Source: an uncultured Actinomycetota bacterium
Lineage (GTDB): Bacteria; Actinomycetota; Actinomycetes; Actinomycetales; Microbacteriaceae
Assembly (NCBI GenBank): GCA_963791605.1
Contig: CAWBTB010000002.1
Span: 108,887 to 172,886, forward strand
Length of the DNA stretch: 64,000 nt
Direction: 5' to 3'
The notes below the pieces were generated by a model. It was not told where the DNA came from, ran no database searches, and saw nothing but the letters and a program-made list of their open reading frames with translations. Position 1 is the first letter of the stretch, and every line of letters begins with the position of its first letter. Position numbers and translations under genes: made by a program. Shown piece after piece: positions 9,877 to 20,561 of the stretch.

Positions 9877-12800
9877 ATGTCTGCCCGAGTACACGCCGTT
9901 CTCGTCGCCCGTTCCGGGGCGACCTCCCTCGCGCGCCTCCTGCGCGCCCTCGACGCGCTCGCCGCGCAGACCCGTCGGCCGGACGCGCTGACGATCGTCG
10001 CGTGCGGAGCCTCGCCGACGATGCGCTCCAGCACGCGAATCGCCGGCGCGGCCGAGGCCGTCATCGAGACCAGGCCGTCGACCACGCTCGCGGCGGCGGT
10101 CGCGCTGGCCGCGCCGCGCGTGGCGGAGGACGCCGCGCTGTGGATCCTCACCGAGGACTGCGCTCCCGCCCCGGAGGCGCTGGAACAGCTGGCCGGCGCG
10201 CTGGAGCGTTCGCCGTCGTCCGCGGCGGCCGCCCCGAAGCTCCTCAGCGACGCCGATGAGCGCCGCATCGTGTCGTTCGGGCAGAGCATGACCCGACTCG
10301 GCCGCGCGGTGGATCCCGCCCGCGGCGAGCTCGATCAGGGCCAGCACGACGCGCAGGACGACGCGCTCGGTGCGGACGTGCGCGGGATCCTGATCCGCCG
10401 GGGGCGCGCACTGCTGCCGGATCCGGGCCTCGGCGGTCGCGACGAGGGCCTCGACCTCGGCGTGCGCGCCCGTCTCGCCGGAGGGCGTATCGTGCTCGCG
10501 CCCGGTGCGCGCATCGCCGTGGACGACGCCAGCGCGGCCGAGGGCACCGCCGCGGACGCCTATGCGATCCGCCGTGCGCAGCTGCACCGCCGCCTCGCCT
10601 ATGCGCCGGCCATCGCGGTCCCGCTGCACTGGCTGTCGCTGCTGCCCCTCGCGCTCTGGCGCTCGATCACGCACCTCACCGGCAAGCGCCCCGCCGCGGT
10701 GCTGCCGGAGTGGGGCGCTGCGGCCGTCGCCCTGGTCTCCGGCTCCGCCGTCTCCCGGTCCCGCCGCGCGATCCGCGCCGAGCGCAGCGCGAGCTGGCTG
10801 AGCATCGCGCCGCTGCGCGTCTCCCGCGCCCAGCTGCGTCAGCGCCTGGACGACGGACACGGATCCGAGGCCGGCGTGCACCATGAACTCGGGTTCTTCT
10901 CCGGCGGCGGCGCCTGGGCGGTGCTCGCCGCCCTGGTCGTCGGCGTCGGCCTGTTCACGTCGCTGCTGGCCTGGCCCGCGCTCGGCGGTGGCGCGCTGCT
11001 GCCGCTGCGTCAGACCGTCGCCGCGCTCTGGCGCGACGCCGCCTACGGGCAGCGCGGATTCGGCGTCGGCGTGGTCGGCCCCGCCGATCCGTTCTCGGGC
11101 GTGATCGCCCTGCTCGGCTCGCTCTGGCCGGGGTCGCCGTCCTTCGCGCTCGTGCTGCTGTGGGTGGCCGCGCTGCCGCTGGCGGTGCTGGGTGGCTGGT
11201 TCGCAGCCACGCGGATCACCGACAAGGCCGCGTTGCGGATCCTCGCCGGCGCGCTCTGGGCGCTCTCGCCCTCCTTCCTGATCGCACTCGCGCAGGGCCG
11301 GCCCGCCGCCGTGCTGCTGCACCTGCTGCTGCCGTGGGTCTTCCACACCGCGCTGGTCGCCCAGCGCTCCTGGGGTGCGGCGGGAGCCGCGTCTCTGCTG
11401 ACCGCGGCCGCGCTGGCCTGTGCACCCTCGCTCGCCCCGGCATTCGTGCTGCTCTGGCTCGTCGCCATCGTCTGGCTGCTCGCCCGCCGCGCGGTGCGCG
11501 GTGCGGTGCGCATGGTGTGGGTTCTGGTGCCCGCGGTCGTGGTGTTCGCGCCGCTGCTCGTCTGGCAGCTCGCGCACGGCAGCATCCTCGCGCTGTTCTC
11601 GGATCCCGGCGCGATCGTCGCGGCCCCGCAGGCGTCCGCCGACGCGGCCGGCCGGCTGGCGCTGCTGAGCGGCCTGCCGACGATGGATCAGGCCGGCTGG
11701 CCCGCGCTGCTCGGGCTGCACACCGGCGGTGCCCCCTGGGTGCTCTGGCTTGCCGCACCACTCGGACTGCTCGCGCTGGTCGCGACGATCTCGCCGCGCT
11801 GGAGTGTCGGGATCGCCGCTCTCGTCGTCGCCGCGACCGGGCTCGGCACGGCGTTCGCCGCGGTCGGGATCTCTGTCGCCTTCGCCCAGTCGGCTCCGGT
11901 GCCGATCTGGCCGGGCAGCGCCCTGAGCCTGGCCTGGATCGGAGTGCTGGGCGCGGCGCTGGTCACCCTGGACAGCGCGGTCACGCTGCCGACGCTGCGT
12001 GCGGCCGCCGCGCTGATCGCGGCGGCCGGAGTCGTGGTGTGCGCAGTTCCCACGGCGGTCTCGCTCGTGAACGGCACCGCGGCGATCCAGAGGGGGGAGC
12101 TCAGCACCCTTCCCGCCTACGTCAACGCGCAGGCACGCGACGATCGCGATCTCGGCACCCTGGTGCTCACCGCCCAGCCGGCGGGACTCGGCACGACGGT
12201 CGTGTGGGGCGCGAGTTCCACGCTCGGAGCGCAGGCGAGCATGCTCAGCACCGCCACCGCGCCGGTGGGGAAGAGCCTCGCGAAACTGTCGGTGGACCTG
12301 GTCTCGGCGCGGCAGTTCGATGCACCGGCCGAACTCGGAGCCCTCGGCGTCCGCTACGTGCTGCTGCAGGCCGCCTCGTCGAAGGAGACCGGGCCGGAGC
12401 GGACACTGCGCCTGCAGTCCGCCACCGCGCTCGATCAGCGTGCCGGGTTCGTGCGCGTGGGCGAGACGGCGCGCGGCGTGCTGTGGCGGATGGAGGCGGC
12501 CCCGGCGGCGCGCCCCGCACCCGGCGCCGGGCAGCGTGCGACCTCCCAGCTGGTCGTCACGGTCGAGCTGATCGTGCTCTTCGCCGCCCTGCTGCTGTCG
12601 ATCCCGACGCGCGCCTCCCGCCGCGCCGCACGCGCGGTCCCGAGGGCGGTCGGTGTGCTCCCGGAGCGCGCCCCCCGCGCGCCGAAGCCGAAGGCCGAGC
12701 GGAAGCCGCGTGAGCGCAAGGTGACCACGCGCGAGAAGGCGCCCAAGGAGTCCGTCGTGATCCCGCCATCCGCCGAGGAGACCTCGCCGGGCACGCAGCC

Positions 12801-13020
12801 CGTCGAGGAGACCTCGCTGGGCATGCCATCCGCCGAGGAGACCTCAGAGGGCACGCCGCCAGCCGAGGAGGAGACCGTTCTGGCCACGCCGCCTGTCGGG
12901 GACGAGCCGGCGCCCGCCGAGGAGTACGCGGAGGAAACCTCTGCGGACAAGCCGAGCACCGAGGAGGAGCCCGTGCCCGCCGACCTGCAAGCCGCACCCG
13001 CGAAGGAGGCCGACGAGTGA
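9877..13020 (+). CDS. Large membrane protein with a degenerate N-terminal GT2-like domain, many TM segments and an acidic repetitive tail
   Basis: 1047 aa; RVHAVLVA start, LWILTED, GELDQGQHD, DEGLDLGVRARLAG; usual position between whiB and DUF5719. Confidence 0.8.
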   Translation: MSARVHAVLVARSGATSLARLLRALDALAAQTRRPDALTIVACGASPTMRSSTRIAGAAEAVIETRPSTTLAAAVALAAPRVAEDAALWILTEDCAPAPEALEQLAGALERSPSSAAAAPKLLSDADERRIVSFGQSMTRLGRAVDPARGELDQGQHDAQDDALGADVRGILIRRGRALLPDPGLGGRDEGLDLGVRARLAGGRIVLAPGARIAVDDASAAEGTAADAYAIRRAQLHRRLAYAPAIAVPLHWLSLLPLALWRSITHLTGKRPAAVLPEWGAAAVALVSGSAVSRSRRAIRAERSASWLSIAPLRVSRAQLRQRLDDGHGSEAGVHHELGFFSGGGAWAVLAALVVGVGLFTSLLAWPALGGGALLPLRQTVAALWRDAAYGQRGFGVGVVGPADPFSGVIALLGSLWPGSPSFALVLLWVAALPLAVLGGWFAATRITDKAALRILAGALWALSPSFLIALAQGRPAAVLLHLLLPWVFHTALVAQRSWGAAGAASLLTAAALACAPSLAPAFVLLWLVAIVWLLARRAVRGAVRMVWVLVPAVVVFAPLLVWQLAHGSILALFSDPGAIVAAPQASADAAGRLALLSGLPTMDQAGWPALLGLHTGGAPWVLWLAAPLGLLALVATISPRWSVGIAALVVAATGLGTAFAAVGISVAFAQSAPVPIWPGSALSLAWIGVLGAALVTLDSAVTLPTLRAAAALIAAAGVVVCAVPTAVSLVNGTAAIQRGELSTLPAYVNAQARDDRDLGTLVLTAQPAGLGTTVVWGASSTLGAQASMLSTATAPVGKSLAKLSVDLVSARQFDAPAELGALGVRYVLLQAASSKETGPERTLRLQSATALDQRAGFVRVGETARGVLWRMEAAPAARPAPGAGQRATSQLVVTVELIVLFAALLLSIPTRASRRAARAVPRAVGVLPERAPRAPKPKAERKPRERKVTTREKAPKESVVIPPSAEETSPGTQPVEETSLGMPSAEETSEGTPPAEEETVLATPPVGDEPAPAEEYAEETSADKPSTEEEPVPADLQAAPAKEADE
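12763..12876 (+). repeat. 30-bp coding tandem repeat (about 4 copies, PSAEETSxG) in the GT2 tail
   Basis: GAGGAGACC recurs at about 30-bp spacing. Confidence 0.8.
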
Positions 13021-14420
13021 GCAAGCCGACCACCGTCCGGATCGCCACCACCGGAGCGCGCCTGATCGCGGGAGCGGTGGTCTCGGCCGCCTGCGTCGCC
13101 GGCGCCGTCGTCGCGATCCCCGCCGCATGGCCCACCGTCACGCACGCACCGGGACACACCACGGTCACCCCGGTCGCCGGCGTCACCCAGCTCACCTGCG
13201 CCGGGCCCTTCCTCGCGATCGGCCGTGACGCGTCACAGGCCTCGCAGCTGACGGTGGCCGGGACGCCCACGGTCGTCAGCGGCGCAGCCTCCGGATCCAC
13301 GCTGACCTCCGGACGCATCGCGTTGACCGGGATCGCCGACGCCACGGACGCGCCGATGTTCACGGCGCCGCCGAACGGGAGCGCGCCGGCCCAGGTCGCC
13401 GCTGCCGAGTCGAGCACCGTCTCCGCCGACGACCTCAGCGGTTTCGCCGCCTCCGCCTGCCGGCCGCCGAGCATGGAGTCCTGGATCGTCGGCGGCGCCG
13501 GCACCACCGGATCCAACGACGTCCTGCTCATCGCGAACCCGGGCGCGGTCGCCGCGACCGTCACGTTCACAGAGTACGGATCGCAGGGCGGCGCGCCGCA
13601 CACGTCCGAGATCGTGGTGCCGCCGGGCACCCAGTCCTCGGTGCCGCTCGCCGCAGGATCCGCGGGAGAGGCGAGCCCGGTCGTCGAGGTCACCTCGAGC
13701 GGTGCGCCGGTGCGCGCCGTGCTGCAGTCCAGCCTGATCCGCACCCTGGATCCGGTCGGCATCGACATGCAGGACGCCATTCCGCAGCCGCACACCGCGC
13801 AGTCGCTGCTCGGGGTGCGCGCGCTCGTGCCGTCCATGGACGACGACAACGCCACCACCGCCGTACGACTGCTCGCGCCGTCCCAGGACGCGACTGTGAT
13901 GCTGCAACCCCGCAACGCCGCGAACGGCAGCCCGACCGGATCCGCGAAGAAGGTGCAGCTCACCGCCGGTCAGGTCGGATCCGTCGACTTCTCCGCGCTC
14001 AAACCCGGGCTGTACTCGATCGACGTGACGTCCACCGCGCCGGTGGTCGCGGCGGCGTGGCAGACCACCGGGCTCGGAAAGGGCTCCGACTTCGCCTGGA
14101 TGACGCCCGCGCCGGACATCACGGGAAGCACCGCGTTCGCGGTCGCCGATGGCCCCGCGCCGCAGCTGCATGTGCAGAACGCGTCGGATCAGGCGGCCTC
14201 GGTCGAACTCGCTCCGGTCAATGGCGCAGCGACGCAGCGCATCGCCCTGCCGGCGGGCGGCGCGGCCACGGTCGCCCTCACCGCGTCGACCGTGTATTCG
14301 CTCTCCGCGGCGACCGCCGTCCGCGCGGCGGTGACCTATGCGGGGACCGGCAAGCTCGCCGGCTACCCGGTGTGGCCGACCGGTGCCGCGGCCGCTCCGG
14401 TCGACGTCTACCAGCGCTAG
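13017..14420 (+). CDS. Secreted or membrane-anchored DUF5719-like protein
   Basis: N-terminal TM, LTCAGP, GFAASAC..P..ESWIVGG, LLIANPG; start overlaps the upstream stop. Confidence 0.75.
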   Translation: MSKPTTVRIATTGARLIAGAVVSAACVAGAVVAIPAAWPTVTHAPGHTTVTPVAGVTQLTCAGPFLAIGRDASQASQLTVAGTPTVVSGAASGSTLTSGRIALTGIADATDAPMFTAPPNGSAPAQVAAAESSTVSADDLSGFAASACRPPSMESWIVGGAGTTGSNDVLLIANPGAVAATVTFTEYGSQGGAPHTSEIVVPPGTQSSVPLAAGSAGEASPVVEVTSSGAPVRAVLQSSLIRTLDPVGIDMQDAIPQPHTAQSLLGVRALVPSMDDDNATTAVRLLAPSQDATVMLQPRNAANGSPTGSAKKVQLTAGQVGSVDFSALKPGLYSIDVTSTAPVVAAAWQTTGLGKGSDFAWMTPAPDITGSTAFAVADGPAPQLHVQNASDQAASVELAPVNGAATQRIALPAGGAATVALTASTVYSLSAATAVRAAVTYAGTGKLAGYPVWPTGAAAAPVDVYQR

Positions 14421-14444
14421 GGCGGGGATCGCGAGCGATCCGCG

Positions 14445-14882
14445 TCACTCCTCGGGGTGATTCGGATCCATCTCCCATGGCTCCCGCCCGATGTACTGCG
14501 CGGCGGCGCGGAACACCGCCCCTTCGATCGCGACGCGGCGATGCGCGGCATCGTCGTGCCCCGGCTCCATGAGCCGCTCGATCGGCACGCGGAACAGCAC
14601 GATGCGCTTCGCCTCGGTGTCCACCAGCCAGCGCGGCAGGCCATCGGGATCGGAGTGCGCGGGCATCGAGGCGATCTCGATGCGCACCGGACGCAGATCC
14701 GGCCACATCGACCGGAGCAGCTCCACCGCGGATCCGACGTGCAGATCGAACGAGTCCAGCCGGCCGTCCAGCGGAGGCAGCGGCGGGCGGACGACCGAGC
14801 TGCGTCCGAGTCGGCCGTGTCGTCCATGCCGGTCGCCGCGGCGCGGCGCCGCCGCGCGGCGAGAGGTTCGGGAGCGGCGCAT
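14445..14882 (-). CDS. Zinicin-like metallopeptidase family protein
   Basis: DRHGRHGR N-terminus, RIVLFRVPIER, C-terminal PWEMDP; usual neighbour of DUF3499. Confidence 0.7.
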   Translation of the reverse strand: MRRSRTSRRAAAPRRGDRHGRHGRLGRSSVVRPPLPPLDGRLDSFDLHVGSAVELLRSMWPDLRPVRIEIASMPAHSDPDGLPRWLVDTEAKRIVLFRVPIERLMEPGHDDAAHRRVAIEGAVFRAAAQYIGREPWEMDPNHPEE

Positions 14883-14948
14883 GCGGCCAGTCTATGTGCT
14901 CGGTTCGGACGCGGAGGCGTGGCTCCCGAGGTTCGGTCCCTGAGGTTC

Positions 14949-14981
14949 TCGAAGGGCTCGAAGGGCTCGAAGGGCTCGAAG
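14949..14981 (+). repeat. 9-bp intergenic tandem repeat TCGAAGGGC (3 full copies plus a partial)
   Basis: tcgaagggc tcgaagggc tcgaagggc tcgaag. Confidence 0.85.
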
Positions 14982-15040
14982 CGCGGCGTTCTCCGCGCGG
15001 CATCCCTCGGCAGCGGGGGAGGGACCGTACGCTGAACCCG

Positions 15041-15247
15041 ATGTACGGACGACACTGCTCCAAGGTGGGTTGCGCGCGCGAAGCCATGGCGACCCTCACC
15101 TACGACTACGACGACCAGATGGCGGCGCTCGGGCCGCTGGGCGCCGAGAACGATCCGCACGCGCACGACCTGTGCGCGATCCACGCCGATCGGCTGTCGG
15201 TGCCCGCCGGCTGGATCGTGGTCCGGCACGAGACGCTGCGGACCTGA
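15041..15247 (+). CDS. DUF3499 family protein
   Basis: RHCSKVGCAREAMATLTYDYDDQMAALGPL....PHAHDLCAIHADRLSVPAGW. Confidence 0.88.
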   Translation: MYGRHCSKVGCAREAMATLTYDYDDQMAALGPLGAENDPHAHDLCAIHADRLSVPAGWIVVRHETLRT

Positions 15248-15278
15248 GCCGGCGCGCCCGCCGACGCCGAGACGACGC

Positions 15279-16116
15279 TCAGACGCCGACGCGCATCCCG
15301 CTCAGCCGCTCCACGCGCTCGTCGGCGAGCGCGAGTGCGCGACCTTCGCGGCCGCGGCGCAGCACCGTGGCCGCGACGAGCACGACCTCGGCAGGTGCCA
15401 CGGGCACGGGCGAGATGTAGGCCGAGGCCTCGGTGAGCAGATCCTGCGCGATGCGCACCCGTGCCGCGGGAAGCAGCTGAGGTGCGTTCTCCAGGAACTG
15501 CGAGATGCGCCGGGCCAGGCGATCCGGCATGCGCGCGACGTCGGCGATCGCCGCCCACGACTCCAGGCCCGCCGGCATCACCGGCACCCGGACGGGCAGG
15601 ATCGGCGTGCGCACGCGCTGGCTGTACGTGCCCGCGACGAGGTCGCCCAGGCGCTGCGAGCGCCCGCTGAACGCGGCGGTGAGGAAGGCGATCGCACCGA
15701 ACGTCATGTAGATCTCGAGCACGCCGATCAGGGCACGGATGAACGCGTGCCGGAAGCCCGCCGCCCCGCCGTCGACGCGCACGATGCGCCCGCCCACGGC
15801 GAGCTTTCCGAGGCTGCGGCCGTGCGTGAGGGTCTCCACCGCGCATGGCACCACGACGAACGAGGTCACGATCGCCAGCACCGCGAGGATCCGGTCCAAT
15901 GCGGGATCGCGCGGTGACCCCGATCATCCAGTACCGCACCGCGATGTAGCCGATGAAGAGCGCGAAGCACAGCAGCATGTCGATCAGGGCGCCGAGGGAG
16001 CGCAGGAAGACGCCGACCGGTTGCACCTCGATCGCGACGGCCTCGCCGGAGAGCACCTCGTCCTCGCCGTCGAGAATGCCCGGGGCGGGCGCATCCGCGT
16101 TCTGCGTGCTCGACAT
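15279..16116 (-). CDS. RDD family membrane protein; apparent frameshift near 15905-15920
   Basis: LSGEAVAIEV..R.LGALID in one frame, ETLTHGRSLGKLAVG and QRLGDLVAGT in another. Confidence 0.85.
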
Positions 16117-16132
16117 GAGTACAGTAAATCAG

Positions 16133-17125
16133 GTGGACGCCGACGCTCTCGCCGATGCCAGGAACCGCGAATGGGCGCGCCTGGACGAGCTCAGCCGTCA
16201 GCGCCTCGACGGCGCCGGAGTCGATGAGCTGATCACCCGATACCGGGCGGCCTCGGCGGATCTCGCGGATCTGCGCTCCTCCGTGGGCAGCTCGCCGCAG
16301 GGCGCGCACGTCTCCACGATCCTGGCCCGTGCCCGGCTGCGCCTCACCGGTCAGAGCGACAATGTGCTGCGCCAGACGGGGCGCTTCTTCACCCTGCAGC
16401 TGCCTGCGGCGCTGTACCGGCTGCGCTGGACGACGCTCGTCATCGCCCTGGCCAGTCTCCTCGTCGTGGCTGTCGTCGCGGTGTGGGTCGCCTCGGATCC
16501 GGCCCTGGTCGCCTCGCTCGGGTCGAAGGCGGACCTGGCCTACTACGCCGAGCACGCGTTCACCGACTACTACACGGAGAATCCGGCCGCCGAGTTCGCC
16601 GGGATGGTCTGGACCAACAACGCGTGGATCGCGGCGCAGTGCGTGCTGTTCGGCGTGACCGGGATCTGGCCGATCATGGTGCTGATGCAGAACGCCGTGA
16701 ACGTCGGCCTGGCGGTGGGCGTCATGTTCGCGTTCGGCCGCGGCGACGTGGTCGTGCTGTACCTGCTTCCGCACGGGATGCTCGAGCTCACCTGCGTGTT
16801 CGTGGCCGCGGCCGCGGGGCTGCACATCTTCTGGGCGTGGCTGGTGCCGGGGGAGCGCACGCGCGGGGCGGCGCTCGCGGCCGCCGGGCGCTCGCTGGGC
16901 ACGGTGGCGCTCGGCCTCGTCTTCGCGCTCGCCCTCGCCGGCACGGTCGAGGGGTTCGTGACCGGCTGGGGACTGCCCTGGCCCGTGAAGATCGGGATCG
17001 GCGCGCTCGCGCTCGGCGTGTTCCTCGGGTACATGCTGATCCTGGGCCGCCGCGCGCAGCGGCTCGGCGAGACCGGCGACCTCACCGAGTTCGAGGCCGG
17101 GACGCCCACGCTCGTCGTCGGCTGA
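16133..17125 (+). CDS. Stage II sporulation protein M (SpoIIM-like) membrane protein
   Basis: VDADAL...W.RLDEL, YRAASADLA, VWTNNAWIAA, LLPHGMLELT, VEGFVT. Confidence 0.88.
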   Translation: MDADALADARNREWARLDELSRQRLDGAGVDELITRYRAASADLADLRSSVGSSPQGAHVSTILARARLRLTGQSDNVLRQTGRFFTLQLPAALYRLRWTTLVIALASLLVVAVVAVWVASDPALVASLGSKADLAYYAEHAFTDYYTENPAAEFAGMVWTNNAWIAAQCVLFGVTGIWPIMVLMQNAVNVGLAVGVMFAFGRGDVVVLYLLPHGMLELTCVFVAAAAGLHIFWAWLVPGERTRGAALAAAGRSLGTVALGLVFALALAGTVEGFVTGWGLPWPVKIGIGALALGVFLGYMLILGRRAQRLGETGDLTEFEAGTPTLVVG

Positions 17126-17133
17126 CCCTTCGA

Positions 17134-17197
17134 CAGGCTCAGGGACCGGCAGGCTCAGGGACCGGCAGGCTCACGGACCGGCAGGATCAGGGACCGG
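17134..17197 (+). repeat. Four tandem copies of 16-bp CAGG(C/A)TCA(G/C)GGACCGG, same family as 9697-9813
   Basis: Preceded by CCCTTCGA; copies at 17134, 17150, 17166 and 17182; the last overlaps the aquaporin stop. Confidence 0.85.
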
Positions 17198-17978
17198 TTC
17201 GGCCGGCGGCGGAGCGTGCGGATCCTGCACCGTCGAACAGCGCGCGGTACGTGAAGCCCGCGATCAGCGCGCCCAGGCTCGGGAACACCAGGAACACCCA
17301 GAGCTGGGAGAGCGGTCCGATGCCGCCGTAGATCGCGGTGGCCAGCGAACGTGCGGGGTTCAGCGAGGCGTTGTCGATCGGCAGCGTCGCCAGCACGCCG
17401 AGGGTCAGCGCGAGTCCGATCGCGACACCGGCGAACGGGGTGCCGCGCACCGGGTGGGTGACGCCGAGGATCACGAACAGGAACAGGGCGGTGAACACGA
17501 CCTCCGCGATCACGGCGGCCCACACGCCGAAGCCGCCGGGCGAGAGCGTCCCCCAGCCGTTGCTCGCGAAGCCGGCGTCCTGCGCCTTGGCGAGCCAGCC
17601 GTCGGGGCCGAACGTGCCGATCAGCGTGAGCACGGTCGAGGCGATCACGCCGCCGATCAGCTGGGCGAGGATGTACGGTCCGGTATCGCGCCACGCGAGC
17701 CGTCCCGCCGCCGCGGCGCCGAGCGTCACGGCGGGGTTGAAGTGCCCGCCGGAGATCGGGCCGAAGGCGTACACCCCGACGAGCACGGCGAGCCCGACCG
17801 CGAGCGCCACGGCGAGGTACACGCCCGACTGCGCTCCGGGATCGGTGAAGGTGCTCGAGGCGAACACGGCGGTGCCCATCGCTCCCGCGACGAGCAGGAA
17901 CGTGCCGAGCCCTTCCGCCACCAGGCGCGCGGGCAATGCCGCGGCCGGCACGGCCGGCGTATCGATGGGGGAGGTCAT
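17187..17978 (-). CDS. aqpZ: Aquaporin (MIP family, AqpZ-like)
   Basis: Two NPA motifs (SGGHFNPAVT, NASLNPARS) and ASNGWG.LSPGG. Confidence 0.9.
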   Translation of the reverse strand: MTSPIDTPAVPAAALPARLVAEGLGTFLLVAGAMGTAVFASSTFTDPGAQSGVYLAVALAVGLAVLVGVYAFGPISGGHFNPAVTLGAAAAGRLAWRDTGPYILAQLIGGVIASTVLTLIGTFGPDGWLAKAQDAGFASNGWGTLSPGGFGVWAAVIAEVVFTALFLFVILGVTHPVRGTPFAGVAIGLALTLGVLATLPIDNASLNPARSLATAIYGGIGPLSQLWVFLVFPSLGALIAGFTYRALFDGAGSARSAAGRTGP

Positions 17979-18163
17979 CTCGATCCTGTTCCTGGGCGTC
18001 GCGCGGAGACGCCGCTGTCCGTGAGCGAGACTAACGCTGCCCGGGCCGGCGACCCAAACGGCGGCCCAGGATCCGTCGGATCCGCGATCCGGATCCGGGT
18101 CCGGGTCCGGGTCCGCCCGATCCCGCCCCGGCCAACGTCCGCCCGGACCCCGCGGCCACCGGA

Positions 18164-18236
18164 CCGCGAGACTGCATCCCCGCGACGAGACTGCAGTAAT
18201 TTCCTGCAGTCTCGCCGCCCAGTTGCAGTCTCGCGG
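18164..18236. repeat. Nested inverted repeat built from four CGAGACTGCA units (long hairpin)
   Basis: CCGCGAGACTGCA..GCGACGAGACTGCAG-TAATTTC-CTGCAGTCTCGCCGC..TGCAGTCTCGCGG. Confidence 0.85.
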
Positions 18237-18305
18237 ACGGGAGGGCCGGGAGGGTCGGGAGAGCCGGGAGAGTCGGGAGGTTGGGGGAGTCGGCGGGCGC
18301 TGGGG

Positions 18306-20561
18306 TCAGCGGACGTCGAAGCGGTCGAGCTCGGCGACCTTGACCCAGGCGCGCACGAAGTCGTCGACGAACTTCTCGGCGGCGTCGTCGCTGGCGTAGA
18401 CCTCGGCGACCGCGCGCAGCTCGGAGTTCGAGCCGAACACGAGGTCGGCGCGGGTGCCGACCCAGGTCCTCTCGCCGGTCGCATCGTCGGTGGCCTGGAA
18501 CGCGTGCGATCCCGGATCCAGCGGCGCCCACGACGTGTTCAGATCGAGCACGTTGACGAAGAAGTCGTTCGTGAGCGCACCGGGGGTCTTCGTGAAGACG
18601 CCGTACGGCGAGCCGTCCCAGTTCGTGCCGAGCACGCGCAGGCCGCCGACGAGCACGGTCATCTCGGGTGCGGACAGCGTGAGCAGGTTGGCCCGGTCGA
18701 CGAGCAGGTGCTCGGCGGGGACCGCGCGCGCCACGTCGCTGACGTAGTTGCGGAAGCCGTCGGCCTGCGGGTTCAGGTACTGGAACGACTCCACGTCGGT
18801 CTGCTCCTGCGTGGCGTCGGTGCGGCCCGGAGTGAACGGGATCTCGACCGTGCGGCCCGCGGCGGCGGCGGCCCGCTGCACGCCCACGTTCCCGGCGAGC
18901 ACCACGAGGTCGGCGAACGAGACCTGCGCGCCGCCGGCGGCGTTGAACTCGCGCTGCACGCCCTCGAGCGCCTCGATCACGCGGCCGAGCTCGGCCGGCC
19001 GGTTCACCTCCCAGCTGCGCTGCGGCTCCAGGCGGATCCGACCGCCGTTCGCCCCGCCGCGCTTGTCGCTGCCGCGGAACGAGGCCGCCGCCGCCCACGC
19101 CGTCGACACCAGGTCGGACACGCTCAACCCGGTCTCGGCGATGCGCGCGGAGAGCGTCGCGACGTCGGCGGCGTCGATGAGCGCGCCGGTCTGCGCGGGC
19201 ACCGGATCCTGCCAGATCAGGTCCTCGGCGGGCACCTCGGTGCCGAGATACCGCGACTTCGGGCCGAGGTCGCGGTGCGTGAGCTTGAACCAGGCGCGGC
19301 TGTACGCGTCGGTGAACGCGGCCTGGTCGTCCTTGAACCGCAGCGAGATCTCCCGGTAGAGGGGATCCTCGCGCAGCGACAGGTCGGTCGTGAGCATCCG
19401 CGGCTCGCGGCGGCCCTCGCCCTGCGCCTCGGGAACCAGGTCGCTTCCTGCGCCGTTCTTCGGCTTCCACTGCGCGGCACCGCCCGGGCTGGTCATCAGC
19501 TCCCACTCGTACGCGAACAGGATGTGGAAGAACTCGTTGTCCCAGCGGGTCGGGTGATAGGTCCAGGTGACCTCGAGGCCCGATCCGATCGTGTCGTTGC
19601 CGGATCCGGTGCCGTGACCGTTCTTCCAGCCCAGGCCCATCTGCTCCATCGGGGCGCCCTCGGGGCTCTCGCCCACGTTGCCGGCCTCGGGCGCCGCACC
19701 GTGGGTCTTGCCGAACGTGTGGCCGCCGGCGATCAGGGCGACGGTCTCCTCGTCGTCCATCGCCATGCGGCGGAACGTCTCGCGGATGTCCTGCGCCGCG
19801 GCGAGCGGATCCGGGTTGCCCTCGGGCCCCTCCGGGTTGACATAGATGAGGCCCATCATCGTCGCCGCGAGCGGCTTCTCCAGCGTGCGTGCGCCCTGCT
19901 CGTCCGTGTCGATGCGCTCGCCGGAGCCCAGCCAGAGCTTCTCGGATCCCCAGTACACGTCGTTGTCCGGCTCCCAGACCTCCGGTCGGCCGCCGGCGAA
20001 GCCGAACGTCGGCATGCCCATCTGCTCGTGCGCGACGTTGCCGGCCAGGATCATCAGGTCGCCCCAGCTGAGCGCCTTGCCGTACTTCTTCTTGACCGGC
20101 CAGAGCAGCCGGCGGGCCTTGTCGAGACCCACGTTGTCGGGCCAGCTGTTCAGCGGGGCGAAGCGCTGCTGCCCGGTGCCGCCGCCGCCGCGGCCGTCGA
20201 ACACGCGGTACGTGCCGGCCGAGTGCCAGGCCATCCGGATCATCAGCGGACCGTAATTGCCGAAGTCGGCGGGCCACCACGGCTGCGACTGCGTGAGCAG
20301 CCCGGCGATGTCCTGCTTCACCTCGTCGAGGTCGAGCGCCTCGAACGCGGCCCGGTAGTCGAAGCCGGCGCCCTGCGGATCCGCCACGGCCGGGTTCTTC
20401 GCGAGCACGTGCAGGTCGAGCCGATCCGGCCACCAGTCGGTGTTGACGGTGCCCTGGAAGGCGCGGCGGGTCTCGCGGAACGACGGGTCCGGGGTGCCGG
20501 AGTGGTCGATGGGGCCTCCAGCGGAGTGGCTGATCGGGCAGGCGTCGGTGATGTCAGTCAA
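18306..20561 (-). CDS. katG: Catalase-peroxidase
   Basis: [44 protein letters not shown]-terminal DRFD. Confidence 0.98.
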   Translation of the reverse strand: MTDITDACPISHSAGGPIDHSGTPDPSFRETRRAFQGTVNTDWWPDRLDLHVLAKNPAVADPQGAGFDYRAAFEALDLDEVKQDIAGLLTQSQPWWPADFGNYGPLMIRMAWHSAGTYRVFDGRGGGGTGQQRFAPLNSWPDNVGLDKARRLLWPVKKKYGKALSWGDLMILAGNVAHEQMGMPTFGFAGGRPEVWEPDNDVYWGSEKLWLGSGERIDTDEQGARTLEKPLAATMMGLIYVNPEGPEGNPDPLAAAQDIRETFRRMAMDDEETVALIAGGHTFGKTHGAAPEAGNVGESPEGAPMEQMGLGWKNGHGTGSGNDTIGSGLEVTWTYHPTRWDNEFFHILFAYEWELMTSPGGAAQWKPKNGAGSDLVPEAQGEGRREPRMLTTDLSLREDPLYREISLRFKDDQAAFTDAYSRAWFKLTHRDLGPKSRYLGTEVPAEDLIWQDPVPAQTGALIDAADVATLSARIAETGLSVSDLVSTAWAAAASFRGSDKRGGANGGRIRLEPQRSWEVNRPAELGRVIEALEGVQREFNAAGGAQVSFADLVVLAGNVGVQRAAAAAGRTVEIPFTPGRTDATQEQTDVESFQYLNPQADGFRNYVSDVARAVPAEHLLVDRANLLTLSAPEMTVLVGGLRVLGTNWDGSPYGVFTKTPGALTNDFFVNVLDLNTSWAPLDPGSHAFQATDDATGERTWVGTRADLVFGSNSELRAVAEVYASDDAAEKFVDDFVRAWVKVAELDRFDVR

